Notes: generated by a model from the letters alone, not told the origin. A stretch of DNA of 59,186 nt, filler included, from Sphacelaria rigidula (GCA_964200075.2; 10 parts of 10 records of this genome joined end to end with filler, not necessarily neighbours in it), one strand, 5' to 3'. Shown: positions 1 through 13,234, counted from the first letter of the whole stretch. Made by a program: numbers and translations.

Positions 1-90
1 GTGCTCCGTCCCGGTTTTGTGGGGATGCGAGGTTAATGGTCTGATGACTATGGCATGCATGATCATGAGTACACCCTCCTCCCCCCCGCC
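1..90 (+). repeat. Dispersed repeat fragment (LINE-associated ~110-bp unit)
   Basis: Reverse complement of ~46505-46590 (gtgtactcatgattatgcatgccatagtca...cgggacggagcac). Confidence 0.75.
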
Positions 91-1074
91 ACCGCCGCCC
101 CGAGGTCACTCTCGGATATCCCTGCACTGTCAGCTTGTGAAGTTATTTTGAGGCAACGCTCGCTGTTGCAGGGCTAAGACCATCGTTTATGGCAGCCAGC
201 GAACTCGATTTTTACGCAGATGGGGAAACACAATCGGGGAACGTACGTTATGGACCCCGATTTAGGGGAAAATCATGGTGTCACGATTTTAGAACCATTT
301 CATCCGATTTTTCCGGCGGAAATCGGAGGTCCCCCAGATTTCGAGGAGGTGAAGCACGGGAACTGACGTACAATGGTAGAGTGCGAAGCGTTCGATATTT
401 TTGCAAACCGTAGCAGAAGCCAGTCTCGTGATAGGGCGTGCCTGCCCGCGCCAGCTGCTGTGGCAGCTTGACGGGATTTGACGAATGGATAATAAGTGTT
501 GATGCCGCACCCTGTGACGGTGGTAATATCCTATGCTACACTGCGCTGCCATATGTATTACTATACCGAACGGTGCTTTACTCTCCTAGTCTGTTGTCGC
601 TGTATAGTTGCAGGGTTATGTACCGGACTGGCCTACTGAACTCTTCTTCGGCACTGATTGTCACTTTTTTCGCAATACCGACAGTACCATAATGTACTAT
701 CACACGGCATTATCATGTACTGTGACAATGGAGTGTCATGCACTGTATTACCCCAGGGTACCATGGTACGGCACAGTACTCGAAGGGTTATTCACCGCCT
801 GCCTGCTCTTCGGCTTCATGTACGAGTACGCAATACCACACTCATGCAGAGAGTGACTGTGTGCCAAATTCTTCCACAAACCTGTGATACCATAAGGCGG
901 CCTCCCCGATTTTGACTTCGCGAACTTGAGTCCCCGTCTAAAAAAATCGAGATATGTTGCCATAAAAGATGGTCTTACACATCGTCTCATCGACGGGCAA
1001 CAGTGATTTCTACGTTTGTTCTTCATATTATCGATGCTGCCATATGCCTTCATAGGTAGTTCTTGGGTTGGCAG

Positions 1075-1425
1075 GATCAGTGTCTTCTGCGTCGCTGAGA
1101 TTCTTCATCTTCGGTCGAGTTTTGTCTATGTTTGAAGGTTGAAATGAGTTCATTTTGGGCAGATATCTCAGACGGATGTTGGGCGGTAATTTGCGGTTAT
1201 TCTTTATTATAGCTCTGTACGATCAGTGTCTTCTGCTTCGTTTCGATTGTTGATTTTCCTTCGGGGTTTGTCGTTTTCTGAAGGTTAGGTGCGTTTATTT
1301 TGCGTAGATTTCTCGGACGGAGATCGGATGGAGCCTCACGGTCACCTTTCTCGTTGTGCAGGACCAGTGTCTTCTGCCTCGTTTCGATTCTTTTTCGGTC
1401 GGGTTTTGTCGTCGTCGACGCTCTT
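1075..1425. repeat. Diverged ~145-bp tandem repeat, about 2.5 copies
   Basis: ga(t/c)cagtgtcttctgc recurs at ~1076, ~1221 and ~1362 with similar downstream sequence; the minus-strand peptide repeats IETRQKTL/IETKQKTL. Confidence 0.7.
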
Positions 1426-4414
1426 TGAAAGTCCAAAGCGACGAAAAAGAGGAGAACGAGTCATCTCTGAATAACATCTCCGTGCCAAAAGAGTTATCTC
1501 TGACTCATATCTTCGCCTCTGAGCACTCCTGTATGTGGGCGACGGCTGATGCCGGTAGGAACACTCCTCAGTATCCTTTGCCTTGGGAAACGCTCCATTG
1601 AGCGGTGGTGCGAAGCGCCAATAACCTTGTAGAGATCATATCAGTTACAACTGTTCTGAGATTCGTTTGCTGTAGACAGGTGTCTTGATGCTGCATTTCT
1701 TCACTTGTAGTGAGTACTTACTAGGCCAGAGGTCAAATGTCGGCTTCATGAAGGAATGTATGATTCTTCGAAGAGTACCGCCATGAATGCATAATTTGTC
1801 TCCCGGGTCGCGCCCCCTCGCAAGCATACCCGTTCAAGGCCCACATTCCGTTAACAACGAACCATGCTCGGAAGCCGAACCCCACGTCTCTTGCTCCTCA
1901 CGAAGGCGTTTGATCTCTACAGCACTGAGGGTCTCCGCTGTAGGAACAGCGTTAAACTACTCTGGGATCACCTGGAGTCGCCCGATGTCTCGCCGAGTAA
2001 CGGTTCACAAACTAAACTTGATAAGATGGCGTGGTGCTTGTGACACAAGAAATAAAGCAACCCTGAGGGAGGTCGCGGAGGAGAGAGGAGGGGGGCACGG
2101 CAGCCTCGCCTCTGATCCCCGATATATTCGGACATCCTCCCAAAGGCCTCAGCGGTCATCACATCAACATACCTCGAACGGTCGACTATATTCCGGGAAT
2201 CATCCCTCAATGATGTCACGCGGTATCACGCCAGCTCATCCCCAAACAGCCGAATACAGTCGCAAATATACAAGTACACAAATGCTGCGTGCGTTACACC
2301 GTGTTTTACAGGAGGTAGCCAATTCGCCTGTTTGAGTCCACACAAGCCGCGATGCTGTCCTTCCTACGGCTCTGCTAGCCGAGCGTGTGACTGTTGTCGA
2401 CCAATCTCAGCACTCAATATGAGGAAGGCATACTCCGCACGTACTGTCCACCGTTGGAATTGAATGACAGTGATCCACACCCTTTCCTTCGAAGCGTCGT
2501 AGCCTCAAGGCAGACATCTGAACCTCCCCATTCCGCCGGGCTCGACACTCATCCCCATCTTCCTGATATCTACCATATTGCAGCAGGGTTTTTGTCCCTG
2601 CACGTGATTTCGAATCGCTTCCCTGAAGTTGGAGACGACAGAAGACGCTGCCAGTCGCTGTACGCGAGACCATTCGGTCACGCCAACACCCGAATCAACG
2701 AGAGCCACCGCTGTAGTGTACACCAGCACCCATCATACACGGATGTATGAGTTCTACCAGCCACCGGTAGTGTAATGTTGCACGGTGGAGTACGGGGTTG
2801 CATGGAATGGTCTTGAGTTGCACGGCTCTCTGTTCGGCGCACGCCGCGAATCCACCCAACGTGTGCACATGTTGGGGTATGCAGCGCAACATCTGTGAAT
2901 GACGACACAAGTCAGCTACCGACTTTAAGAACGTGTGAATGCCCCCTACAATTCGTCCCACAGACTCCGGTGCACCTGCCAAAAAATGACAAAGGGTGCA
3001 ATAACGACACCTCGAAACAACTTTTGATTGTGCGCACTACCTAATGCTGCCCCTTATTCTTCCGTACTGTGTCTCTCGTGTGTCTGGAAGGCTACGGCGA
3101 TTTACGACCATCTGGAAGCGCTCCTCCGCACAGCGTCCGAAGGAGATCGATGGACGTTTGAGCACACCGTCCGCCCCGAGTTTGAGGCAAGATGGTGAGA
3201 GCGCAAGGTCAACGAGCCTAAATATCTACGATGGAAACTGCGAGACTCTGGTTCGGTCGAAAATATCGCTTGCTCGTAGCCCGTGCTGTTTGCTCTGTCT
3301 TGAGATTGTAGTGTCGACGCAAAACAATTGGTAGTAGGTGGACAGTTACACGCAGGCCGTGTGCCAATCGGCATTGGTTACATGTTTCAAAATACATTCG
3401 AACTTCAGTCGCATCTAGCACCCATACACCGTAATGCGTACAGTAGCGGCTGCGCTATCGCTGTCCGCATTGTGATCACGATCACGCCGTCGAAACACCG
3501 ATCCCCGTCGCTTGTGTGTAGATGAATATAGCGCATTGAGCGTGTACGACAGCATTGCTGCAGTGATGACGCCGACAACGCTCGCAGAGTCTACCACATC
3601 AGAGAATGTGGAGCAAACACTGCGAAGAACGTCGTGGATGAAGACGGAGAGGTCGGTTGACTACGTGGTGCACTAAATGCCGTACTTCTGGTGGTGTTTC
3701 GAACGATTTAAAACTAAATAATCCTCCTCGTTCTCTACGACGCACGCTACCAGTACATGTGCACCTACTCGAGCTCCCACAAGACATTTGGCAAGTTCCC
3801 ACAACCACATAGTGTGATCTAATCGGCACGAAACGATTGTGCGCGACCGTGGAACACATACAGCCTCAAAACATTGTTCGTGAACGCTTGGGGAACGGTG
3901 GAATGTGCAATGACGACAGCCTCTGCAACAAGACAGCAATGCAAGAAATACAACCGAAGATCAATGCACAAATACAAGATTAACGTCGGCGCCAACCTCG
4001 CTTGACCCTTTCCACCCCCTCTGTGTTCATGTTTTCATCGTGAATACCTTCTAGGCGTGACCCGGAGTACCTCGACCTCATCACCGAGAACGTCGAGTCG
4101 CACTTCGGCGTCACTATTATCTACCCCCCTGAGGACCATGAGTGCTGAGGGATCCCTAACGTCCCAGCGGGGGATTGTACGACACCGGGCATACGCGCGA
4201 GTCGGTTTTGTGATTTATTTTTACATACCTCGACCTAAATATCTGTGAGAGTGTCGCCTGGTCGGGCATAGAAAAAAAGAGAAAAAAACATTATACAAAG
4301 AGCCGCGCGGCTTAAGATACCTGTCGGAGTTCGGCCCTCGGAGGAGGTACACCAGCCGATGGAAACAATTCTCCCGTGCGATCGCCGACAACGATAAACC
4401 CGGGCCCCGGGGTA

Positions 4415-5829
4415 CCGACAACATGGGGCATGATGGTGCCCACCTACTGTCGTGCAGCAACAGGACCAGGCACCTGTTGAGGACAACTCCGACGCCATGA
4501 CCGCACAGTGCCTAGATGTCATTTTGTTTTTATTCACCTCTAAGTCAGCGGGACCGGGCCCCGGATTTTTGGCAACATGGGGTTCGATCGTCCCCTACCT
4601 ACTTCTACTCAGCAACAGCCCCGGACACCCGTTGGCAGCAACTCCGACGCCATCATCGGACGGTGACCGCATGTTTTCATTTGTTCTTTCACCTCGAACG
4701 CGGCGCGACTGGGCCCCGCGTTATCGGTAACATGAGGCTCGATCGTGCCTTACGTACTAGCGTGCAGCAACCGGACTAGACACCTGTTGGCAGCAACGGC
4801 TACGCTACATCGGACGGTGGCTGCATGTTTTCATTTGTTAGTTTACTCGGAACGTGGCGGGATGGGACCCCGCATTGCCGATGGTATGGGGCTCGATCGT
4901 GCCCTACGTGCTGGCGTGCAGCAACCGGACCAGACACCTGTTGGCAGCAACTCCGACGCCGTCACCGGAGGGTGACTGCATGTTTTCATTTGTTATATTC
5001 ATTTCGAGCGCGGCGGCACCGGGCGCCGCGTCACTTGTAACATGGCGCCTGATCGTGCCCCACGTACTGGCGTGCAGCAACCAGATCAGACATCTCTTGG
5101 CAGCAACTCCGACGCCATCATCGGACGCTGACTGCATGTTTTCATTTGTAAGTTTACTTCCAGCGCGGCGCGACCGGGCCCCAGGTTCGCGGCAACATGG
5201 CGCTCGATCGTGCCCTACGTACTGGCGTGCAGCAACCGGATCAGACGCCTGTTGGCAGCAACTCCGACGCCATCATCGGAAGCTGACTGCATGTTTTCAT
5301 TTGTCTTTTCACTTGTTACGCGGCGGAATTCGATCCCGCATCATCGGCAACATGGGGCTCGATCGCGCCCTACGTACTCGCGTGCAGCAACCGGATCAGA
5401 CACCTGTTGGCAGCAACTCCGACGCCGTCATCGGACGGTGACTGCATGTTTTCATTTGTTAGTTTGCTTCGAGCGCGGCGGCACCGGGCGCCGCGTAACT
5501 TGCAACGTGTCTCCTAATCGTGCCCTACGTTCTGGCGTGCAGCAATCGGACCAGACACCTGTTGGCAGCAACGGCTACGCCATCATCGGACGGTGACTGC
5601 ATGTTTTCATTTGTCAGTTTGCTTCGAGCGCGGCGCGACCGGGCCCCGCGTTATCGCAACATAAGGCCCAATCGTGTCCTACGTAGTGGCGTGCAGCAAC
5701 CGGACCAGACACCTGTTGGCGGCAACGGCTACGCTATCATCGGATGGTGCCTGCATGTTTTCATTTGTTAGTTTGCTTCGAGCGCGGCGCGACCGGGCCC
5801 CGCGTTATCGCAACATAGGGCCTAATCGT
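4415..5829. repeat. ~155-bp tandem satellite, about 9 copies, running off the contig end
   Basis: cgtgcagcaa anchor at 4451, ~4606 (degenerate), 4761, 4915, 5071, 5226, 5381, 5536 and 5690; conserved core cagacacctgttggcagcaactccgacgccatcatcggacggtgactgcatgttttcatttg. Confidence 0.97.
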
Positions 5830-5929
5830 NNNNNNNNNNNNNNNNNNNNNNNNNNNNNNNNNNNNNNNNNNNNTTAATTAATTAANNNNNNNNNNNNNNN
5901 NNNNNNNNNNNNNNNNNNNNNNNNNNNNN
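5830..5929. other. Artificial contig linker (N44-TTAATTAATTAA-N44). Identical linkers at 11759-11858, 17688-17787, 23617-23716, 29546-29645, 35475-35574, 41403-41502, 47331-47430, 53259-53358
   Basis: Nine identical 100-nt spacers, each with a six-frame stop cassette, separate segments of 5829/5828 bp, as expected for length-sorted contigs that were concatenated. Confidence 0.99.
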
Positions 5930-6168
5930 TGGAATCTGAAGCACCCGAAGCTGGGGTGTAGTAGGGTATTGAAATCGTACGTGACGATACCCAGATTGTG
6001 GGTAAAGCAAAGTGTTCGTATTAGTACCACCCCTTACCCAATGTTTGGGTAGAGTATTGCGATCGTACCAAACCCTGTCCAATATTTAGGTAAAGGTTAG
6101 AGATCGGACCATCGCAACTCAAACATTTGGGAGAGTAATTACCCCCCGGGTATTCACCTTGCACCCAA

Positions 6169-6170
<2 letters not shown>

Positions 6171-6213
<43 letters not shown>

Positions 6214-6215
6214 AC
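6171..6215. repeat. (CA)n microsatellite
   Basis: About 22 CA units read directly. Confidence 0.98.
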
Positions 6216-8374
6216 GCTCTTGATATTGTCCTCTGTGTTCCCGCTGTTGTTGCTCTCGTTTCGCCGAAAATCAGCATGAGTACGACCATTTGGATGGTGT
6301 GGTGTACATCGATCGATTGGACGAGGGCGAGAGAGCAAAGGTGACCGGTTATTTTTTTGGAGTACAGTGCGCGCATTTCTCTTGCCGCTTGGGTTTGCGA
6401 CGATAACGCCTCCCCGGTAGGCAGCCACAGTTAGCTATTCCACTGGAGTGTCGTGTCAATCCTACCCTTCCCAGCAAACGGTATAGCCTACTCACTGTAC
6501 TGTACCAAAGTTATGTTATTTTATGTTGTTTTACGTTTTGTTACGTTGTGTCCCCGATCATTTTTCTTCCCTGTCAGCTTCATCATTGCTTCACTTTCTT
6601 ACGGCATTGTGCGTTTATGTGGGTCGGTCAGAGTTCCTCGAGATAGAGATTTGAAAGAAGAAAACACTTATCCGAAATGACCCGTCACGTTTCAGGATTA
6701 CTTGACTCCAAGACTAGTCAGTTGGCGGTGGGGTGTAGGAGTAAGCACTTGCCGCAGCAGTCACGCTCAGCAGTCTAGTGTTTCCTACTCCCTTCCTCTC
6801 TTTGTAGTGGTACTGTAGCGTTATTTTTTCCGCAAATCTGAGCACAGTGCAATACTCGTATCCTAGACATGGTCGCACATTTCCCCCTCTCCAGATGTCA
6901 GTAACCCACCCGTGTTCCAACTATGATGTGTTTGGCTCTCTAGTTCATGGTTAAGCAACCTATTTATCCCTCTCATATTTACCTACCCCACCAGTCGTGT
7001 CAACTGTTTTTTTACTTTTCTTCGAAACTTGAAAAACCAAGGTTCAGACGCATTAGATTCCTCTAAACATTACTTGCTTTCAGCGCAATCGATTCGTCCC
7101 GTAAAAGTCGGTCCTTGGGCTTTACTTTCAACGTTGCACCCAAGATGGGCACGTGGAATAGCGTAAAACTTGCGTATATATATTTTCTTGACCCGCGATC
7201 AACCTTTTACCTTTTCCCCTCTTTCGAGCCATCAGGCCTCAGAGATCTTAGATTTGGTTTTTCGAACCCGTGATGATTCTTGTCCGGCCATTGGAAAGTT
7301 TGGACCAGCGCATCATCCCCCCCCCCCCTCCCCCCCAGTCCTCAAAATTTTCGATCTTCGCCGTCCAGTACGTACGTAAGTAAGGTGCCAAGTGGTGGTA
7401 CGAGGGAGTTACATGAATTCTGCCCGCCTTCACGCTGCACTCAGATGGGGACTTGTTTTTGGACGCCGATTTACTGATGTATCGTATCAGATCTGGCGTT
7501 TGTTGTTCGTGTGTTTGTTTGTTTTTCTTTTCTTTTTTCCTCTCCCGGTTGAACTCGGGGGAGCTACTTCTCACTGGTTTTCGTGGCGTCTCTCTTCTTA
7601 TTTTTACTTTTGGTTATGTGTCTTGTAAGGAATAGCAGGAAACGGTATTGGAAAGGCGAGCCTACGTCTGTGACCATGGGTTCGCGAGATCGGACTAATG
7701 TGCGGAAATAATAATAATAATGATGATATTAATATTAAATCGTTGCTAAGTTCGCGGCATCAAGTGGCCTGGTGTATTTTCTGATGCGTGTGCTTTCAGC
7801 CAATCAACGAACAAGCCCTGGTCGCGTTTTTGTGCCGTGTTACCTATTTTTTACACAGGTTCAGCCAACGCTGGACAAACTCGTTGAGGCCTATGGGGAA
7901 GGAGGAGCCTTGTGATGCCGCCTGCAGTACAATAGTCTGTCGAAGATCGTACGCAAGTGTGTGAAATCACGTTCGAGTACGATCGGCTCCATGCGCCGGG
8001 CCCTGTTTTTTTTTCTGTATTTGTTCAAGTTGTTTCGGTTTTTCATTTTGTGAATCAAGACCGGCTGTGCGGGGGACATTCAACATACGTACATGTATGT
8101 CGCCACGGCCATGCTTTTCTTGCTTGTATTCTTGCTGCAGGATAGCATTGGCATCATTCAGATAATATTTGTGATCAGTTGTCGCCTGATTCCGCACATT
8201 GGACCACATGAAACGTTCTAATATTTTTTGCCTGCACGATACACGTACGAGTACTCGCCGAGTACGCTGAATACTCGAGATGTAGGAAATCTTCACACGT
8301 CGGACGACTTGAGCTATGGTTATTTTCATGTGTGTGGCGTGAACAAATCAATCACACGAGTTTTTTTTTTTCGT

Positions 8375-8665
8375 CACAATTCCTACCCCTGTCCTTCCTC
8401 AGGACGACCCCTAGTTGGTCTCAAGGAATCGACCCATCTCTCCCCGGTATGCACGCCTTACATTTTGGTCTCGGGGATTGGATCAGCACTCCCGCACCGC
8501 GTCAACTCACGTCGCACGAACCCAGTCGAACAAACTGTTTCATCTGCTCGCGTCCCCCCGCTTTAAACGGCGGAAATAAGATGCTTGAGAGAAAAAAAGC
8601 GAAATGCATCGAGCGTTAATCGAAGCCGCATTTCTCTCCACCCTCACACCACCGGGGGGGCGGCG
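8375..8665 (-). mobile_element. Degenerate copy of tRNA-derived SINE
   Basis: Aligns by eye with 21930-22258 (ggtctcaagg...catctctcccc...cacgcctt...ttggtctcg...gattggatca; end ttctctccaccct...acaccaccgggg). Confidence 0.75.
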
Positions 8666-10029
8666 ACTTGTCTCGAATAAATTTGACATATATGCTGGCA
8701 CACACAAGAGTAATCACTTGAAAACTTGTCACGATTGGTTACTTGGATAATGGAACCGGGGTCCGTCGCAAATGTTGACTTGATTGAAGAACCGAAACCT
8801 GTTTTTTCTTGGCGAAACACATAACCGGAGCCACGAGCAAGGTACTTCAGGACTAGGTCTCGGAAAGTCGACAGCCGTTCAGTTGCCGATCATGGCACCA
8901 GTTCAATCACAGCACCCCATTTATTTTCGATTACATTGTTCTCGAAAAGGAGACGCTTACCGTAACTCCAACTCGAGTGCGACAGGTGCATACGATACCC
9001 TCGGCAAAGCGTTTTGTTTTGGATCAAATCGGTGCATGTGGGGACCGTTACGTTCTGCCGCGTTCCTCTTCGGTGGATGCGAGCAATCGTCCTGAAAAAT
9101 GTTTTTGATCCAAGGTTCGTACAAGCACGACCATGTCTGGTTGACCTGTGATGTACTGGTGCGTTCTCCAGAGGCGGCCTCAGGGTTGGCGTTATAGTTT
9201 TTGTTAACGAAATCCGTGTACACGCCGAACGTGCTCCGTCAAGAGCTTCAAGTCGGTGTGTGTGGGCGATGTTGCATCACGAGCATGCCCCCATGGCGTA
9301 GGTGCAGGTCCAGAGCTGCCTAGTGCGATCCACTTCGTCATCCATCATCTTCAAGTAGGGCTGCACCCACCATTCCTGAGCCCGAATGCATCGTGGAAAC
9401 GCGCGGCAAGGTGGCGGTGCGCAGTGTGAACGGTAGCCCTTTCTTCCGGTTCAGTTCAGCTTACCATCCCACGGAGTCACCTTTTCCCTCCGGTTGTGCT
9501 CAGAGTATGCCTCTGTGTGGCTCAACCCTGGTACTCGTACGCCAGGACACTCGTCGTGTGACATCGCAGGGGATGGCCCCGCCTGCGGTGATGGGAGAGA
9601 TGATCACAAGCCATCTCACGACGTACGTAATGCGCGACAGCAACCTGATTTACCCTGCCACCCTGTTCCACGCCAGCTATCATGAGCACGCGTACAGCCC
9701 ACCGTCGAACGAGCTACTCTCGCTGCCCGTCCGTCTCCGCGAAGTGGATGGGTGCTGAGGCAGACGTACATCCCCGGGCAAGCTTCGGCTCCGCCAAACT
9801 ACCGACAGCGTGCCCCACACGGTCCCGTACCAATCCACGCATGTCGCCGAGAATGGTCATGAATAACGCCAACGTCACGACTGTTGGTTAAAACCCAAGA
9901 CGGTTGCAACACAACATGCGCTATGCCTTTTATGCCAGACGACCCGGAAGCAGGAATCCAGGCGTGCCGCTGAGCCAAATAATCTCAACGCGTGCTTACG
10001 ACAATTCGGCAGCAAGAATTCACCCGACA

Positions 10030-10640
10030 ATGCAAAACCATCATCGCTGTTGCGATTGCCGCCGACACGGATATCACGCGTGCCGCTAAGGCAAAGTGAG
10101 CCCAATGCGTGACTGCGATACACTGGTCGTGTTAATCCCCCCAACGGCAAGGCAATACCGCCGTGCAGCGATCACCACCGATTATAACAACAGGCGTGCC
10201 GCTGAAGCAAAGAAAGCTACAAGCGTGGCTGTGACATGCTAGCAGCCGCAGTTCAGGCGACAACAAGGTGATAGCAACGCCGCTGCCATCACCGCCGATG
10301 CTAACAAGCGTGCTGTTGGCACAAAGAAAACCGTAAGCGTAGCAGCGACACGGCTGTGGCGATGATTCTCACGAAGGCAACGCGATAGCAGCGCCCCTGC
10401 GTTCACCGCCGATGCCAACAGGCGGACCGCTGAGGACAACGAAGCTCAACGCGTCGCTTTACCACATCGACAGCCGGTATAATATAGGTGACGATAACGC
10501 GACAACACCGCCGCCGTGACAATCACCGATGCCAACGAGCGTGATGCTGAGACAAAGCAGACTGCTCGCGTGGCTATGACAAACAGAAAGCGGAAGTCAG
10601 GCGAAGACAAGGTGACATCACAACTGCTGGCCGGCACAAG
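10030..10640 (+). repeat. Diverged ~114-120-bp tandem repeats (about 5), possibly a decayed ~38-aa repeat-coding region
   Basis: (a/t)tcaccgccgatgc(t/c)aac motif at ~10171, 10288, 10402 and 10522; + strand reads ITADANKR / FTADANRR / ITDANER with stops between. Confidence 0.65.
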
Positions 10641-11163
10641 AAAGATAGGTGCCAACGACGCGAGCACGCGGCGGCTGCCACCCGAGTCGTGAACAAGATC
10701 ATTATTGTATCGCCACATATAGTTCTACGGATATTGCATTTTTTGGGTAACGTGCATGGGCACTGTGGATAGCATTTCAGCGTGCATGATGAGTTGAGCA
10801 TGACAAACGCTGGGATGGCTTCGTCCAAGCAGCGTAGGCGTTGTGGGCAGCGTTGAGCGTGCTGCAACTGAACGTGATCGTGATGCAGCACGGGAACCAA
10901 AAGCACAATGTCATTGGACCTTGTTCCTTGCCTTTGCTGGAAGGTATATGAGCTGGGCCAGTCTGAAAACGGAGTCAAACTGTCACAGTCACCTCACCCA
11001 CGCAGACGAATCGGGCCGTAATCTGCATAGTATCTCGTTCATCGTCCAATAATCAAGGGGAAGATACCCAACTAATCAACAGTTTGGCCACATGTCTTCT
11101 TGTCGACTAAAAGCCATGCCCGGGAAATCCCGCGACGTAAGAAGGTACCTCTCGATAACTCCA

Positions 11164-11368
11164 GACACTTTCAATGGTTATACAGTACCTGATGGTGGGT
11201 TTCAGGCTGCATGAAGCGCCTCATATGAGCGACATTGGCGAAAACGAACCCAAGCGTGAGATTTTTGTAGATGCTTGTTGTGCTCGGCTTTTTTCATTTC
11301 GATTCACGTGTGGATCTTGCCTCCTCAAACCACCCTCTTTTTGGGGGGGGTCTATCGTAGAAAGTGTC
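11164..11368. mobile_element. MITE family A copy (left terminal inverted repeat (TIR) partly deleted)
   Basis: Internal gtttcaggctgcatgaagcgcctcatatg..cgacatt shared with 15150-15400 and 21830-22400; right TIR ttggggggggtctatcgtagaaagtgtc. Confidence 0.75.
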
Positions 11369-11635
11369 TCAAGTCTGTACGAAATCTCGTCGCAATACAG
11401 TCAGCGGGTGGCGCTGATTTTTTTGTTTGAGAGTGTTCCTTGGGGCACGGAAAAACGATCGAGGTCTCCTCCTTCCCCCAATTCGCTATCTACCGACGCG
11501 CATAACATACAATACTAACGTCAAGATATTACGTGGAGATGCACTAGATGTCGATTTAGCACCTCAATTCTGAGAGTCGTGTTTCAAAACTCAGTATGGA
11601 GTCCCCAAGGGGCTTTGCGAAACAACAACCTGTTT

Positions 11636-11758
11636 AGGGTGGAAAGAAAGAGGGTTCGATTCCCGATGCGTTGGGTGCTTTTCTTCAGAGTATCTGATTC
11701 CCACCGTGGAAGACACTTTCTACGATAGCCCCCCCCCCAAAAGTGCATGGTTTTGGGA
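11636..11758 (+). mobile_element. SINE fragment (B-box region) directly followed by a MITE-A left TIR at 11712
   Basis: agggtgga...ggttcgattcccgatgcgttgggtg matches the SINE at 27817-27890; gacactttctacgatagcccccccccaaaagtgc matches the MITE-A TIR. Confidence 0.75.
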
Positions 11759-12670
11759 NNNNNNNNNNNNNNNNNNNNNNNNNNNNNNNNNNNNNNNNNN
11801 NNTTAATTAATTAANNNNNNNNNNNNNNNNNNNNNNNNNNNNNNNNNNNNNNNNNNNNAACCAAACAAAATTTCGCGAAAAACGTGCACCCCTACCGTAG
11901 CATTGCTCTTCTAACATTAGTATGTGACATCAACACTTACCATGCGGTTAATGTTACCGCACCAACCATCGGGGAAACATTAATCACACATCATCATGGA
12001 GAACACTACATACAGAAGGTAGGGCACATTTGCAACCACTTGAATCTGCATGCTCTTCCCTCTTTTAACTATTTTGGAACCCGCTGACGTTTTTTGTTTT
12101 CGTGAATCGGCATCATTTTGACTTGAAAATGACTGAAAACGATGCCGATTCACAAAGACAAAAAACGTCGATGGGCTCCAAAAGGGTTGAGTGCTCTCTT
12201 TCGGAACGAACAGGTCGTCTGCAAACTCCACCCGTGTCCAATTCGTGAGATCCTTACAAGGCTTGTATAATTCGCTGCTACTGTTGTACAGGCAGGCAGT
12301 CAAACAACGAAAGCTATACCCGGGCTTGTTTGAACTACTGCCAACTACGCTGCTATTCTCAGGCAAGACATTTGCGGTCGGCGCTTGACGATGTGGGTCA
12401 CAAATGCAACGGCAAGTGGTTGATCATAGAACATCCTTGTTCCTGGTGAAACCATGACCATATCTCGCCTCAGCTTAGGATGTCCTCACGAGGCAATTTG
12501 TTTGCCCTTGCTACAGACACAAACGACACCCTGCTGAGCACGCGACCGGTTGTACATCAGAATAGCTCAGATTACAGCATGGCAGCCCCCATACGGGTCA
12601 CGCCAGCACCAGTTAGGTCACCGCCAGAGGTATCTTTTTTCTCTCCGCATGCCAAGAAGGTCTCCGCGAG

Positions 12671-12941
12671 TGTTTAATCTCTCATACATTCCGTCAAACG
12701 GGTATTCTGTGGCCCGTGGCGAAGGATAAATGGTTTAATATTTGCATTATGTGAAAGTGCCTTGACAGAGTCGAACCTCGTTAGTAGGGATCAGACGAAG
12801 AGTGAGAACAAGCGGCAGCGTCTGCTGAGCATGGTATCGCAGTGACGCATACTCGACTACCAGTACCCGTGCGTCAGCATAAATCTATGCGCACATGTAC
12901 AATTTACTCATCAGTACCTGTCCACATGAACACCCCCTCTG
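12671..12941 (-). mobile_element. Candidate 3' LTR of the Copia remnant, with polypurine tract
   Basis: The minus strand reads AGAGGGGG then TGTTCATGTGG at 12932, about 300 bp past the RNase H stop. The distal end (TGTTT at 12671) is a guess from the terminal dinucleotide and short TIR. Confidence 0.5.
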
Positions 12942-13234
12942 AACTGGAACATCAGTCGTCATGGCTATCTCTCAAACACAAAATCTAGAGGAGGAAACTC
13001 GGCCATCCGAGCAACCCCCCCCCCCTCCTCAGCTGCTTGTGCTCCATCTAGATAATCCACGGACGCCGGCCAAGACATATACACGTCATGTCGGGAAAAC
13101 GCCCTACAAAACCCATGTCCCTCAAAGTAGCGTGGGTGGCTTAACCCAACATGCGCGTAAATGCATTACAAACACCAAGACCTGAAAAAAAGCCCTGAGC
13201 TAGCATAACATGGGTATACACAAAAACGTGTCTA

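Noticed and set aside
4452..5877. Repetitive ORFs (PYVLACSNRTRHLLAA...)
   Set aside because: Translations of a 155-bp satellite; the period is not a multiple of three, so the frame rotates
11174..11518. Recurring FRLHEAPHM peptide (also 15133-15390 and 21741-22025)
   Set aside because: Translation of a non-coding MITE core bounded by TIRs
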